DNA of 63,372 nucleotides, the filler included, from Folioceros fuciformis (taxonomy: Eukaryota), in assembly GCA_049999805.1 (NCBI GenBank). It is 3 parts of 3 records of this genome, joined end to end, with 100 filler letters (N's around TTAATTAATTAA, not from the genome) between each part and the next. Parts side by side here need not be neighbours in the genome. Positions count along the whole stretch, not along the records: positions 38,332 to 63,372 come from JBNGIO010006274.1; 2 more parts are not named here. One strand, 5' to 3'. Numbering within the stretch: the first letter of the stretch is position 1; every line of letters starts with the position of its first letter. Position numbers and translations under genes: made by a program. The notes under the pieces are model-generated. The model ran no database searches and had not been told where the DNA came from. It was given only the letters and a program-made list of their open reading frames with translations. This document shows positions 52,200 through 63,372 of the stretch, piece after piece.

Positions 52200-55100
52200 G
52201 ATGGTGTCCGCGGATCCCCCAGTGACGGGCGCCTGCGCGTGAGCTACAAACATCTCCACTTCATTGCAGCGGATGCACCTGGCCCTTATCCGACCTAGAT
52301 CCCTTCACCAGCAGACTGAGGCGAGCCCGGTCGCGCATCTGCCACATCTCATCAGTCTACCAAGCCAGGAGTGCAAAGTCAAACCCTACGCCAAAAAATG
52401 CGATCGCGCGCAAACACGAGGGGACGGAAGCTATAGCTAGATCCAGCCAAGAAGCACAAGGATGCAGCCCCTAAATCCTACGCCGGTGCCGAGAGGCACC
52501 AAATCCGGAGGCTGCGACTGGGATCCTCCATCCAACCCTAGCGAAGCCAGAAGTTTGCGTACCTTGCCAAGGCAGTGAAGCGTCCAGCCCCCGGCGGCAG
52601 CGGGATGCGCTGGAGGCAGAAAATTGCGGCCCGCGGTGCGTCAGGCCACGACAAAGAGCAGCAGAGAAAGCGAGGACATCCGTTGCTCAAGCAGCGAGAC
52701 CCGATCCATGCCACCCCCGCCCTCGATTTGCTTGCCCTGCCCCTACGCTGCCTCAGGGCGCCACAGGCCCTCGGGACGCGCTCCCGGGCCAAGGCCAAGC
52801 GTGACGGCCCCCCTCGCCGGGCTCATTGCGCGGGAGCGGTCGCATCTGGCGTCGTCCCAGTGTGCGTCCTGGTTCTGCTGCTGCTGTTCCTCCTCCTCCT
52901 CCTCCTCCTGCCTCACCGCGTGGTTGCCGCAGTGCTTGGTGTGGTGTGGTCCCAGGTCCCAGGCGGGCCGGTCTGGACTACGCGGCTCTATGCTGTGGTC
53001 TAGCTCTGGTCTGGGCTGGTCTGGTCTGCTCTCGTCTCCTCTGGCCTGCTATGCTATGCTACGCTATGCTATGATCTGATGTAGCGTGCGAGGGGTACGA
53101 GGTCTACGAGGCCAGCAGGCTGCCGCAGAAGGGACCCTGGCAGCTACCCGCAGGCCGAGCGTGTGGGCGTGGGCGAGAGAGAGATGGAACCAAGACACCC
53201 GTCCCACGGACGCATATATCGCTTTGCTAACGCACAGCTGGAAGCGAGTAAGTCTGTGCTCACCCACCTGCTTCCATGTCTAAAAAGAGCTCGTCTTGTC
53301 AGCCTACCCTCGCTTTACCGTTCCCACGCCCGCACCCGAACATGCGCCTCTTGCAACGTTTCTTTTGCACTACGCCCACCGCGCCCCCTAAACCAGAAAC
53401 GTTTCTCTTCTTTTCCCACCCTGGCCAGGCCAGCCTTGTCGCACCTCTTTGCCACGCCCACCATCCCCTCCATAAACCCCCACTCACTCTATCTGCACCC
53501 GCCTCCGCCTCGTCTCTACAGTAGGAATACGTACGTACCCGCTCTCGATACGCGCTTCCAGATTTTGAATTTTTGTCCATTTTCAAAAAAAAACCTCTTT
53601 TCTCCAGATCTTCGCTGGAACCTGCCTTCTCTATTACCAGCACTTCTTCCTCTTCACCTCCTATCCACCAGTCCCCATCCTCCTTTGTTACACAAGGACA
53701 TTGAGAAAAGTATCCAGGAGAACTGACTATGGAGGGAAACTACTTCTTAGGGTAGATCTAGGGAGCTTTTATTCACTACCTTTAAAAAAACAATTAAAAT
53801 TAAAATAAAAATAAAATACATGTACGGAAACTAAAAAAACCCATACCTACGTGCACAAGTTCAAGAACCAAAGTATCTAGAACGGTCCATAAAGTTCTTC
53901 AATTGAAGAAGAACGCACATATCATATTAGGCTACCCTACACTCTAACAAACTCCGACCAGCAAGCCATCACAAATCGCAGTGGACCCATGCAATTCTAA
54001 AACAATGATCCACCAACGGCAGGAACGGAAATCAAATATCACCCACGAAATTTATCGAATACAGAAGATCTCCTGCGTGACCTGGCATTGGCATTGGAGA
54101 CCACGAAAAGAAAGTCTAGACACTACCTACTCTTTGCCTGATCTGCAGCAAAAAGCGAGAACAGAGGACGGGCTTATTTGCAAGCAACACCACGGCTACC
54201 TTCGCGCTCTCCGTTGCCGGGGGAGGGAGGTGTGTGACATGTTATGGACAGGCAATATGTGCAGCCTCGCCAGAGTGTTTATCAACCAACTACATGTATG
54301 GACCTGTACCTCGTACCTTGAATCTGCTGGTTTGGGTAGAGCTCCCGGCACCATACCCCGCCGACGGAGTGGAACCCTTCCCTGGACCAAACCGCCTGCA
54401 CGACCTCCTCAACAACGCCCGTCCACATACTGTATCAAGACCAACACCCGTTTCAGACGGCGTTCCTACCGCACACAATTGCGGTGCGGTTAGCAATGTG
54501 GTGCCGCTTCTTCCGGCAGTGGTCGCCAGGAAAAGCACAAACAGTGATATCCACTTTCCAGAATTGTTCGGTGCGAATCAAGTGGATCAAAGAACGAGCT
54601 AAGAGGACAGCGAAGTAATGTATGGACAAGATGGCGTGGTTAGACTTACGCACTCGGAAAGGCGTGAGGACAGTATACCAGTCAAATCACACCAGTAGCT
54701 CTTCCCATGGCTTCGACTTGGAAGGCTGAGCAAACTCGTCCTCGTCCACTTCCCACGAGACTGCGGCGCATCAACCTGAGCCTTCGTTTGCGTTCCCACC
54801 CGCAGGCCTAGTCGGAAGGACTTCATGCAATCAGCCAGACGAAATCCGACATCAGGCACCACCGAGAGATATCTCAGTCCGCTGAAGGATGAAGCTCGTA
54901 CTACAAATATAAAAGTCCGCTCTAGAAGGGAAGATGATTATCACCTGCATTAAACTCGGGACTCTTGGAATAGTTGTACATTCCGGCTCTTGACAGCTAG
55001 CTCCGAAAACAGGTATCCTACAGTCGTGGAGGAAGTCGTTCAAGTCAAAAGGAGTTACACCGAACAGAAACTGAGCCAACTTGTCCCGGGCACACATTAG

Positions 55101-55557
55101 TTGGCGCACACTGCATACCTTTGCCTGTAACACTGAGGACTGATTTGATTGATATTCAGCTTCCCTGGTGGCCTGTCCTCAAATTCCAGCGCCGTAAACA
55201 TAAAGCTCAAGGTGGGTCAAGATGAACCTAGGCGCAGCACTCCCTCTCTGATCAGAAAAAAAGAATTTCACTAAAGACAGAAACAAAAGGAAGTAAGATA
55301 CATATTGCATTTGCGCAACTTGAAGGCAGACGCATACAAGTTGAGGAGTCACGTGTGACTGGCTGGGTGTAGTTTCGGTGCTGACGAGTTCTTGGTTGAA
55401 CCTGGCTTTCCAGTTGCACGGGGATGGCTTTGAACAAGCGTTCGCAATGCCCTCAGCACCCAGTTGTGATCTTGTTTCCTGCTGGCTAGTGGCTCTGTGG
55501 AGTTGATTCTGCTACGCTCCACTGAGGTTTAACAAAGGGACAAACCATTTCTTTTGG

Positions 55558-58500
55558 TCACTCTTTGGATGATCCATAGGGAGACATTAGCAATTTTCTC
55601 CTGCTACTCATCTCGTAAGAACCAAAGCCTGAGAAGCCATGGAGTTTAGGCCGTCCTTCGGATCTGGGATACGTTCTCATGTACCCGGCGACATCTCTCT
55701 CCCCCCTAGCAACAGCATGTGCGTGTTCAGAGATGGCCAGATCGCCACTACTGTTCAAACTCCTCTGTCGGCACTCGCCTACGAGACCTCTTGATTTCGG
55801 CAGTGACCTGGAATTATCAAATTTCATATCAAATCTCTGCTTCTGGCTGCTTGACGTGGGTGTACAATAAGGTGAACCCTGGGTCGATAAGCTCCGAACC
55901 CATGGTGCTGATGGTGCAAACTGTTGAGGACTGCTATGTCGAGAAGATCCATAAGGTGATGAGTGCAGCGCATCTAATGACTGAGCGTACTGTTGCATGT
56001 CTTCCTCCCACTCGGCCCGAAGGCTCTGTTGTTCTTGTAGTCGGTTAAGCAACTGTATCCTGTCCACGCTTGCTTCATCTGATGTACCTGGAGCCTCATG
56101 AAGCATATGAGCCTTTTCTATCTGGCTAGAAAGGCCTTCTTCTATTTGCTCCATGAAATTCAACTTTGCTGAGAGATCATTAAGGGCTGCAGTCACATGA
56201 GGGACGAATACAGCGGATGATTGAAGATTTCTGAGGAAGTTCTCTGCTTGATGCAGTTTGTCCCTACCTGCCTGACTTGCTTCTTTCAAAGTGTCCATCA
56301 CTCTCTCCAACCTTTCCTGACTTAAAAGTTTGTCCCTGTTAACTTCACTTGTTGCATGAAAGCTTGCCTGCTTTTGAAGATTTCCGTAAGCACTCCCCAT
56401 GTCACTATTGACCGTGGATCTATAGAATCGTCTAGGGGACGGGTGCACTTCCGTGAACATATCTCCAATTCGCAACCTCCTAACAGGAGTGTGTGGCTCT
56501 AACGTGCCTACTGGAAAATCATACTGAGTGTGAGCGAGGCCTCCAATTCCATTCACGAATCCTTGTCCAATGCCAGATTGCCCTTGGCTTATCTGGGTAG
56601 AATGTTCCATCCAATTCGCACCATCAGTGCTCCAGGTGTCCCCTGCCTTAACATACTTGGGGGTTGAATCTTGCCACCTGTTAGACCTTCTGCTACTTCG
56701 CTCCAGCTTGGAATGATCTTCTGATTCAGCATCCCTTCCTGAGACTCCTGCAATCTCTTCTTTCGGAAGGCTATCTGCCGCAACTGTTGCATTGTGAACA
56801 GCCCTTTCCACGTTGTCATCAATGGATCCAGCTGGGCGTGGGTTTAGCCATTTTTCAATTCCTTCTCCAACTATGCCCAGATGAAGCCCGTCTTTGGCGT
56901 GGTGACTACTAACCCAATACTTGTCACCCTCTACTGGAGCTGGTGAACGCACGTTCTTCTTTTCTTGTGTCTTGTGCTGCTCTGGTGCTAGTCCTGGCTT
57001 TTCGATGTTAGGTACCGTGGCTAGAGGAGGAACTGTTTCTTGTTCCTGCCAAAGAGCATGGAGCGTATGTTCTTCGAGAATACGGTCTGGTGCGGAGGAT
57101 AGTATGCTGCACGAGTCCCAGTATGACAAGTAGCGAGTTAGTGATGCATACGATTGAGAGAGACTCCTAGCAGTCTACCAGCTGCAAATCCATACAGAAA
57201 TACAGGAGGGCCAGCCAACACACCTGGACAAACGTTGCGTTAATCGGGGCGCAACGACTGCTGGGTGAGCAAAAAGATCAGCTTTGCTCGTACCTTGTTT
57301 TTCGGATACCTGATTCGACACAAACTAGTGGCTTTCAACCTTTCAGATTTGGGAGCCTACTTTGCATGACACTGGAAAAATCAGAAAGTGGAGAAGAGCG
57401 GAAGTATACCAATCTGCTAGATTTGGGCAGTTGAGTGCTGCACACGCTGTCCCGTTGGACAGAATGCTTGTCTGCACCTTCCTTTGTCCTTTGATCATCC
57501 ACCTTCAAAAGCGATAGCGAACATTCCGTCAAAGTCGGTGGAATAAGCCTCTTTAGCACATCTTACTATAATCGAAAAGTGCGTCAAATTTGAAAGCAGT
57601 CATGGTTATCACATGAAGTCCGTCCTACCTCCGCCTCGGTACGTGTCACACACTTCGCATTGGGTGCCGAGTCCCGCATGTCCAAGCCCTCTCCCATGGC
57701 AACCCCTGGTTCTCCGGCCGTTTCCTTCTTAGCCAAAGAGCTAATCAGGCCTTCGATGGTTCTCTTTCTTTCTTCTGATTCAATCCTGTCCAGGTCTGAT
57801 CGTGCACCCCTAAGTCGCTGCCAGAAGTCTTTGATGTCTCTTCCTCTCTGGTCTATCCCTTCCTCTAGCTGCTGCTCACTTTCATTCAAAATTCGTTCCT
57901 GCTTTTCTGACAGACCCGAATCGCATATACCACGCTGCGAGTGAGGGGGCACTGATGCACCAGTTTCCTGGTGCTGTGAATGGGACATCTGGATTGTAGC
58001 CGCAGCCTCAATTTCCTCCAACTTGCTAGCACCTTTGAAATGTAGCTGCTTCGCACTGCGATGGGTACTCCCAATGGCTTTTCTGGTTGTGAGATCTTCC
58101 TTCAACGTCTCCCAACCTGTGAGGCAGCATCAGTATGATCTCACTCCTCTTCATCCAAAAGATCCAGTTTTGTTACCTCCCAAATGCACTCGAAGAAGAA
58201 AATCGAGCAGCGAGAGACGTGCTTACTTAAATCAAGGACGCACGTGTAATCTTCGACATCTCCAGCTTTGTCGATAGTTTGACTCAAGTCTTGGTTGAGC
58301 TGTGAGAACTCATTACGGCCAATTTGGTCATTTTCCATCAACTCAAACGCTCGCAACTCGTTGCGCATACCACTGACATCGTCCCTTTTGGTAGAGGATT
58401 CCTTGTCCAGCGTCGTGAGGAGTGATACCTTTTCGATGGCTAAAGCTCTCTCTGTTCTCGACAAAGCCTTCACACGATCAGAAGAGTCAGCACCTAGATT

Positions 58501-61500
58501 TTGTTACAGAAATTTGCGGCATTGGTTTGAGTTCTAGCACAGGTAGTCTGTAGGTGAGACCTCTGCCCGGGTGCGGAGACTTTCTTCCGTGTTGGCAGTT
58601 GCCCTTTCAAGGTTCGCAACATGGAGCTGGAATTTGCTAACTCTTTCTTCAAAGCTCCTCTTTTCGTCTTCTAGCTTGGCCTCCACGACCTATGCTCACA
58701 CGCTTTAGTGGTCAGCCTTAAGGTGCTCTAGAGCCAGAAGGAAAGGCTTGGCGTTTGTTTGATTGTTGAGGTCAGATTCACCTGCAGATGGTTCATTCCA
58801 TTGATAAGAGTCTGTTCCCTTTCCTTCACAGAAAGATTATTAGCTTGAACTTCTGCAGCCATATGCTCCAGTTGATTCTGAGCCTCCAGAACTTTCGACT
58901 CCTGATCAACATAGCAATATGATTGCAAGAACAATTCACGTTTATGTCTCTGTATAAACGGGCTAGAGATTTTCATGTCCTTAGAGAAACGGCTGAGCAA
59001 TTGCAACATAAGGGCAACAGTGCTTCGTCGTGCTACCTTCGAGCGGAGCAAAGTCTCTCTTTGTATCAAGGAGTCTTGCTGCTTTGTCAGTTTCTCAGCA
59101 CACTCCTTCACTTTCGAATGAGATACTTCAATGTTTTGTTGCTTCAATTCGAGTTTCGCTGCGAGCTGCTCTAACACTTGAATACTGTCTGTTACTTGTG
59201 ATCCCATTCTTTCTATTTGGAGCTGCATCTCGTTCTGCCATAACGCAAATAATCTGAGAGGAGACTTTTAAGGAGCCTATGACAATGCGCTTGCACAGAA
59301 ACATTTCAGATGCAGAATGGCGATTGATGGTGGGTTCAAGAATGCGGACCAGCCGCTGTACGTATAATTCGAGATCCGCTTTATCCTTGACAATGCCTTT
59401 GATCTTTTCCTCGAGGCTGCATTCCAATTGGGTCTGCCACAGTTGTAGCGCTTCCTTGTGGATGCTTAACTCCTCAAAACCTCGAGCTGCTTCAGACTTC
59501 AGACTGCGTTTCATAGCTTCTAACTCTTCCATACGAGCCTTATAGTTCTTCACATCCTCATGGACCTAATCAGCAGCAAATCGGTTCACTAGATCAGGTG
59601 CTGCGAGGTACGTACAGGCACTAAATTGAAAATCACTTACACCATGGCTGTCCGACGAAAGGCCTGGTACCACATCACTCTAACATCCACTCTCTACGAG
59701 GAGCCTAGCTTGAGTAAAGAAAGTCAACACGACTCGAGTCAAAGTAGCCAGGATCTTACTTGCTGTAACAGCTCTTCATGTTTACTGCGGAGTCCTTTGC
59801 TTACATAGCATATCCTTGATTCCATTTCTGACAAATTCCTTGTAGCTTTTAAGACCTTCTCCTGCTCTTCATGCAACTTCTCCATCTCCCTCTTGATGTC
59901 TGCATGTTTTTGGTCTTGCATTGCTGATCTTTTGACCAAGGTACTTTCCCTTCTTTTCAGCTCCTCCGACAGCCCTTGTTGCTCTTCTAACAGCTTTTGA
60001 TGGAGAAGCTCACAGTGCTCTTGCTTGCCCCGAACTCTAATTTCAAGTTCCTGGATGGAATCTCTCTGCTGCAATAACTCCGTCTCTCTGTTTATCAGTC
60101 CTCCTTCCCACTCCTGAAGCCTTCTGTCCATTGTCCGAATGTACTGATCCACTTCTTGACGATCTTTTGAAATGCACGCTCTTGCTGTATCTACACTTTG
60201 CCTAGCACTGTCGACATCTAACTTAGCTTCTTGTACTTGTTTCTGCAGGCACTGCAGCATATTTTCTTTTTCCATGAGCTTGTCCTCCATTTCCTGAAAG
60301 AGGACAGCTGTTTTTGTTTTCTCTTCCTCTGCTAGGGCAATGTCCTGTTCAAGTTGCTTTTTCTGTGCCATGACATCATCTTGCATTTTGCTACAAGCTA
60401 GCAATTGCGCTTCAGCATCTCTATCCTTTGCAGCGACCTGACGTAGTTTTTCCTGTATTTTCGATTTCTCTTTCGTTATAACCTCCAGATCTTCATGCAG
60501 GCGCTGGGAAACTATCCTGACCTCTTCCTGAAGTGTGGAGATCTCCAGTGCTCTCGCATCTATGGCTGATTCTCGGACAAACAAATTTGCCGATCTCTTC
60601 TGGACGTCTGCTAGTGAGGCTGCTGCTTCTTTCTCGCACTCAGACACGGCCTGTGACATGATGACGGGTAGTTAATGTTGAAGGCAAGAACATTCGTCCA
60701 AAAAGCACTTTGACCACCGAAGTTACAACTCATAGGGAAAGGAATGGTGAAGACACCTTTCGGCGCTCCTGAAGATGGCTAACCCAGAGAGAGAGAGTCT
60801 CTCGCTCTTTAGCCAAATTCAATCGTTCCTCCTCAACAGTGCGACACTTCTCCTCCACCAGCTTTTCCAACGCAGAAACCCGTTCAACCTCCTTAGCAGC
60901 ACTTGCTCTGATGTTAGCCACCTCGTCCTCTATTTTCAACAATCTAACAGTTTCTTTCTCCAAAACGATAGCCCACTTCTGCAAGTGGGTTTCTCTACCA
61001 AACAACGCAACCAATCGCTTGCATATCGAGATAACAGGGCCCGCCCAGTTGTCCGCACTGGCATCTTCAGCAAGAAGTGAGAGACCATCTAAGTGCTTGG
61101 AAGCCGATGAAAAGCCAGAAAGGTATTCTCTAATCTCGGAACCTACTTTCCCAGAATGATTCAAGCTATGCCAATAGTCCTGCAAGGTTTTGTCCTTCTG
61201 TTCAAACTGTTGCAAGACATCTCGTAAACACGAACACAGTGTCTGCAGTACCACCTTCCCCGTCTCCACAACCTTGGCAGATGCTTCCACATCCGCTACC
61301 CCTACCTCCTGTTTCTGCTAAGGGCAGCCAATGTCGTCTCAGAAAAACCGCTGAAGTATGTACCTTCAATCAACTTTCATGGGCAGAAAAGCGATCAGTC
61401 CTCACCTTGGCCCAGTTTTGCGCCGAACCATCCTGGGCTGGAAATCGAAGTTTGCTCTCTTTAATAAGCCTTTTCTTGGAAAAAGGGCTAGCAATCCCTC

Positions 61501-62715
61501 CATCGGGAACCAATGCTATCCCCGCCCCCTGCAGTACGACAGCAGCTTCCCATCACCTCTTCACACAAAGACTCAAACTACAGAAAAAAAAACCATCCAA
61601 ATCGAATTCGAATTCGAATTCCAATGCCAGCGTCCCAGTCACCGACCAGAATTGCCTCATAGCCCATCCTTACCTTAAGCCGATGTCCATGTGGCTTGTC
61701 AGGAAAAAGCGCATGACACCCATCCCAAGACTCGTTCCTGGCTTGCTCCCTCTTCGCCGAACGCTCACGAACAGAGTCATCCAACTGACAATTCGACTCC
61801 CTGTCCGAACTCGGAGCTCCATCAGGGAGCGAACGTGACAGCCGTGCATCGTCACGACCACCAGACAGCTTCTCCGGGGGCCCTTTCCCCGAAGAGTAGA
61901 TAGCTGGATCCGAAGCTGCAAAAGCAGAGATTCTTCCATCCCTGTCCAACAAGCGCCGACCAAGTTCCTGGAAAATATTTCGCCTTCCAGAATCCCCCGA
62001 CCTGTAAGTCTGAACATCCGAATTGTCCCTCTGCTTCTCTCGCCCGCTCACGGTCCCAGTAGTGGCCACAGCGGCAGCCCGAGACGAATTGGAGCCACCA
62101 GCCGAAGCAATGGGACCTTTCACCCTCCCCTTGTCCAGGACACTCGCCGGGCCGCGATGTGCAGGCGTGGTCCTCCCGGCGTACCCCGCGAAAGACACCG
62201 TGCTGCCGCGTTGCCTGCTGATCCCTGCCCGCCGGTCCCCGTTCCCGTCCTCGTCCGAGCACTCCCGACTGGTCGGCGAGCCGTCCAGGAGCTCGGTCCT
62301 GGCACGGGACTTCCCTCTCCCTCTCCCGCTCGCTCTGCTCAGCTTGGGGGAAAATCGCAAATTCGGCGATCGCTTCCGCGCCTGGCTCGGAGTCGCGTAT
62401 TGCAGTCCCTCCTGGAACGAGCTCAAAAGGTGCGGAGAAGAGGCTAACGACGTTTTCGTCTCGTCACGCTCCGCCGATTTCCTCTGGAAACTCAGCCACT
62501 GCGTGCAAGAACAAGCGGAAGAAGCAGCGAGCGTGAGCGGGGAGGGAGAGCGGAGACGGATACACGGACGCCCGGGGCTCTAGGCAGCGCGTCACCTGAT
62601 TCTCCAGCTGCTCGAACCGCTTGGCGATGTCCTGGATAACCGGCGTCTCCTGAGGAGCCTGGAGCGGGCCCGGCCTGCGCAAGCCCTTGCCCGCGTGCTC
62701 CATCTTGAGTACCAT
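55558..62715 (-). CDS. Large multi-exon coiled-coil protein of unknown function
   Basis: Series of minus-strand ORFs with splice signals. Exon 1 (62715-62596) joins in frame to the exon starting at 62498. A disordered Ser/Arg/Gly N-terminus precedes long E/K/Q/L heptad-rich exons (58.1-61.3 kb) and a 523-codon terminal ORF. Internal boundaries are not resolved. Confidence 0.8.
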
Positions 62716-63372
62716 GGCGGCACCACGGGAACCGAGGATCAGAGCATGTGCGCAATCTTTGCATTCGCGACGGGGTGGAGGGAATGGCAACCGAGCACGA
62801 GGCGAATCCTGGGAGGGTGATCGGTGCAGGCAACTCGCGGCTGGAGCGTCGACTCCATAGCCACCATCTGCTTCGCTTCCGTGCAGGCGCGGGACGCGAA
62901 TTCGCGTCTCGATCGCGTCTGGCTTGGCCAGGACAGGAGAGAACAGCACAGGACAGGAAGGGGCCTGGCCGCTGCGACGCGGCAGCACCGGAAGTGAGGT
63001 TCTTGGCGGGTTTGCACGCGCCAACTGCTATCGGCATTTTCCTGCTTTTAGCCGGTGTTAAGCGCGGGGTTTTGAAATTGACGACGCTTGGCTTTGGATG
63101 GTATGAACTCTGTAAATAAATAGGTATGTATCGTGTACATGGGAGTGGTGCTTGTTGACATATGCTATGTGCATGGATTGATGTTGGGTACTTTGCAGAG
63201 CGGGGCGCTGATCGATTGCGGAAGCGGCCATGGATTCCGTGGCGACTTGCCGGGCATGTGGGGAGGAGAGCGTGGTGCTGGATCCCGTCTCCGGCTTGAT
63301 GGCATGTGAGGCATGCGGGCGCCTGGCTGATGATGCTCCGATTTTGTTGTCTGGGGACGCAGCTCAGTATAT

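Noticed and set aside
52538-53726. ORFs and pentamer repeats (GCTAT, TGGTC) upstream of the PAT gene
   Set aside because: Low-complexity promoter or 5' UTR sequence with no protein signal.
54690-54705. In-frame TGA in a possible minus-strand frame (EELLV*FDWY) as selenocysteine or read-through
   Set aside because: Land plants lack the Sec machinery and there is no homology support for the frame.

Overview
Eukaryotic nuclear DNA from a compact, short-intron land-plant genome. A bryophyte or lycophyte is most likely and a hornwort is plausible; this is inferred from gene content, ~100-bp introns and an axonemal-type tubulin, not proven. The left block (1-24.5 kb) is gene-dense: an intronless beta-tubulin, an unknown acidic coiled-coil ORF, plastid SufC, BIG/UBR4 and a CBS-domain SnRK1-gamma-like gene cut by a gap. 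The middle contig (24.6-38.2 kb) lies between two artificial N44-TTAATTAATTAA-N44 linkers and is transposon-rich: three Ty1/Copia remnants, a GC-rich probable insertion, several tandem arrays and a decayed ORF, surrounding one intact class III peroxidase. The right block holds a membrane-bound hybrid histidine kinase with a MASE1-like sensor and a GC-AG intron through its H-box, a tandem DOG1-domain/Shaker-type ankyrin fusion gene, a MITE-like hairpin, a DHHC S-acyltransferase and a large coiled-coil gene. The best novelty candidate is the MASE1-like kinase, with its G-rich, uORF-containing leader, next to the DOG1-ankyrin gene. Exon models were read by eye and no database searches were run.
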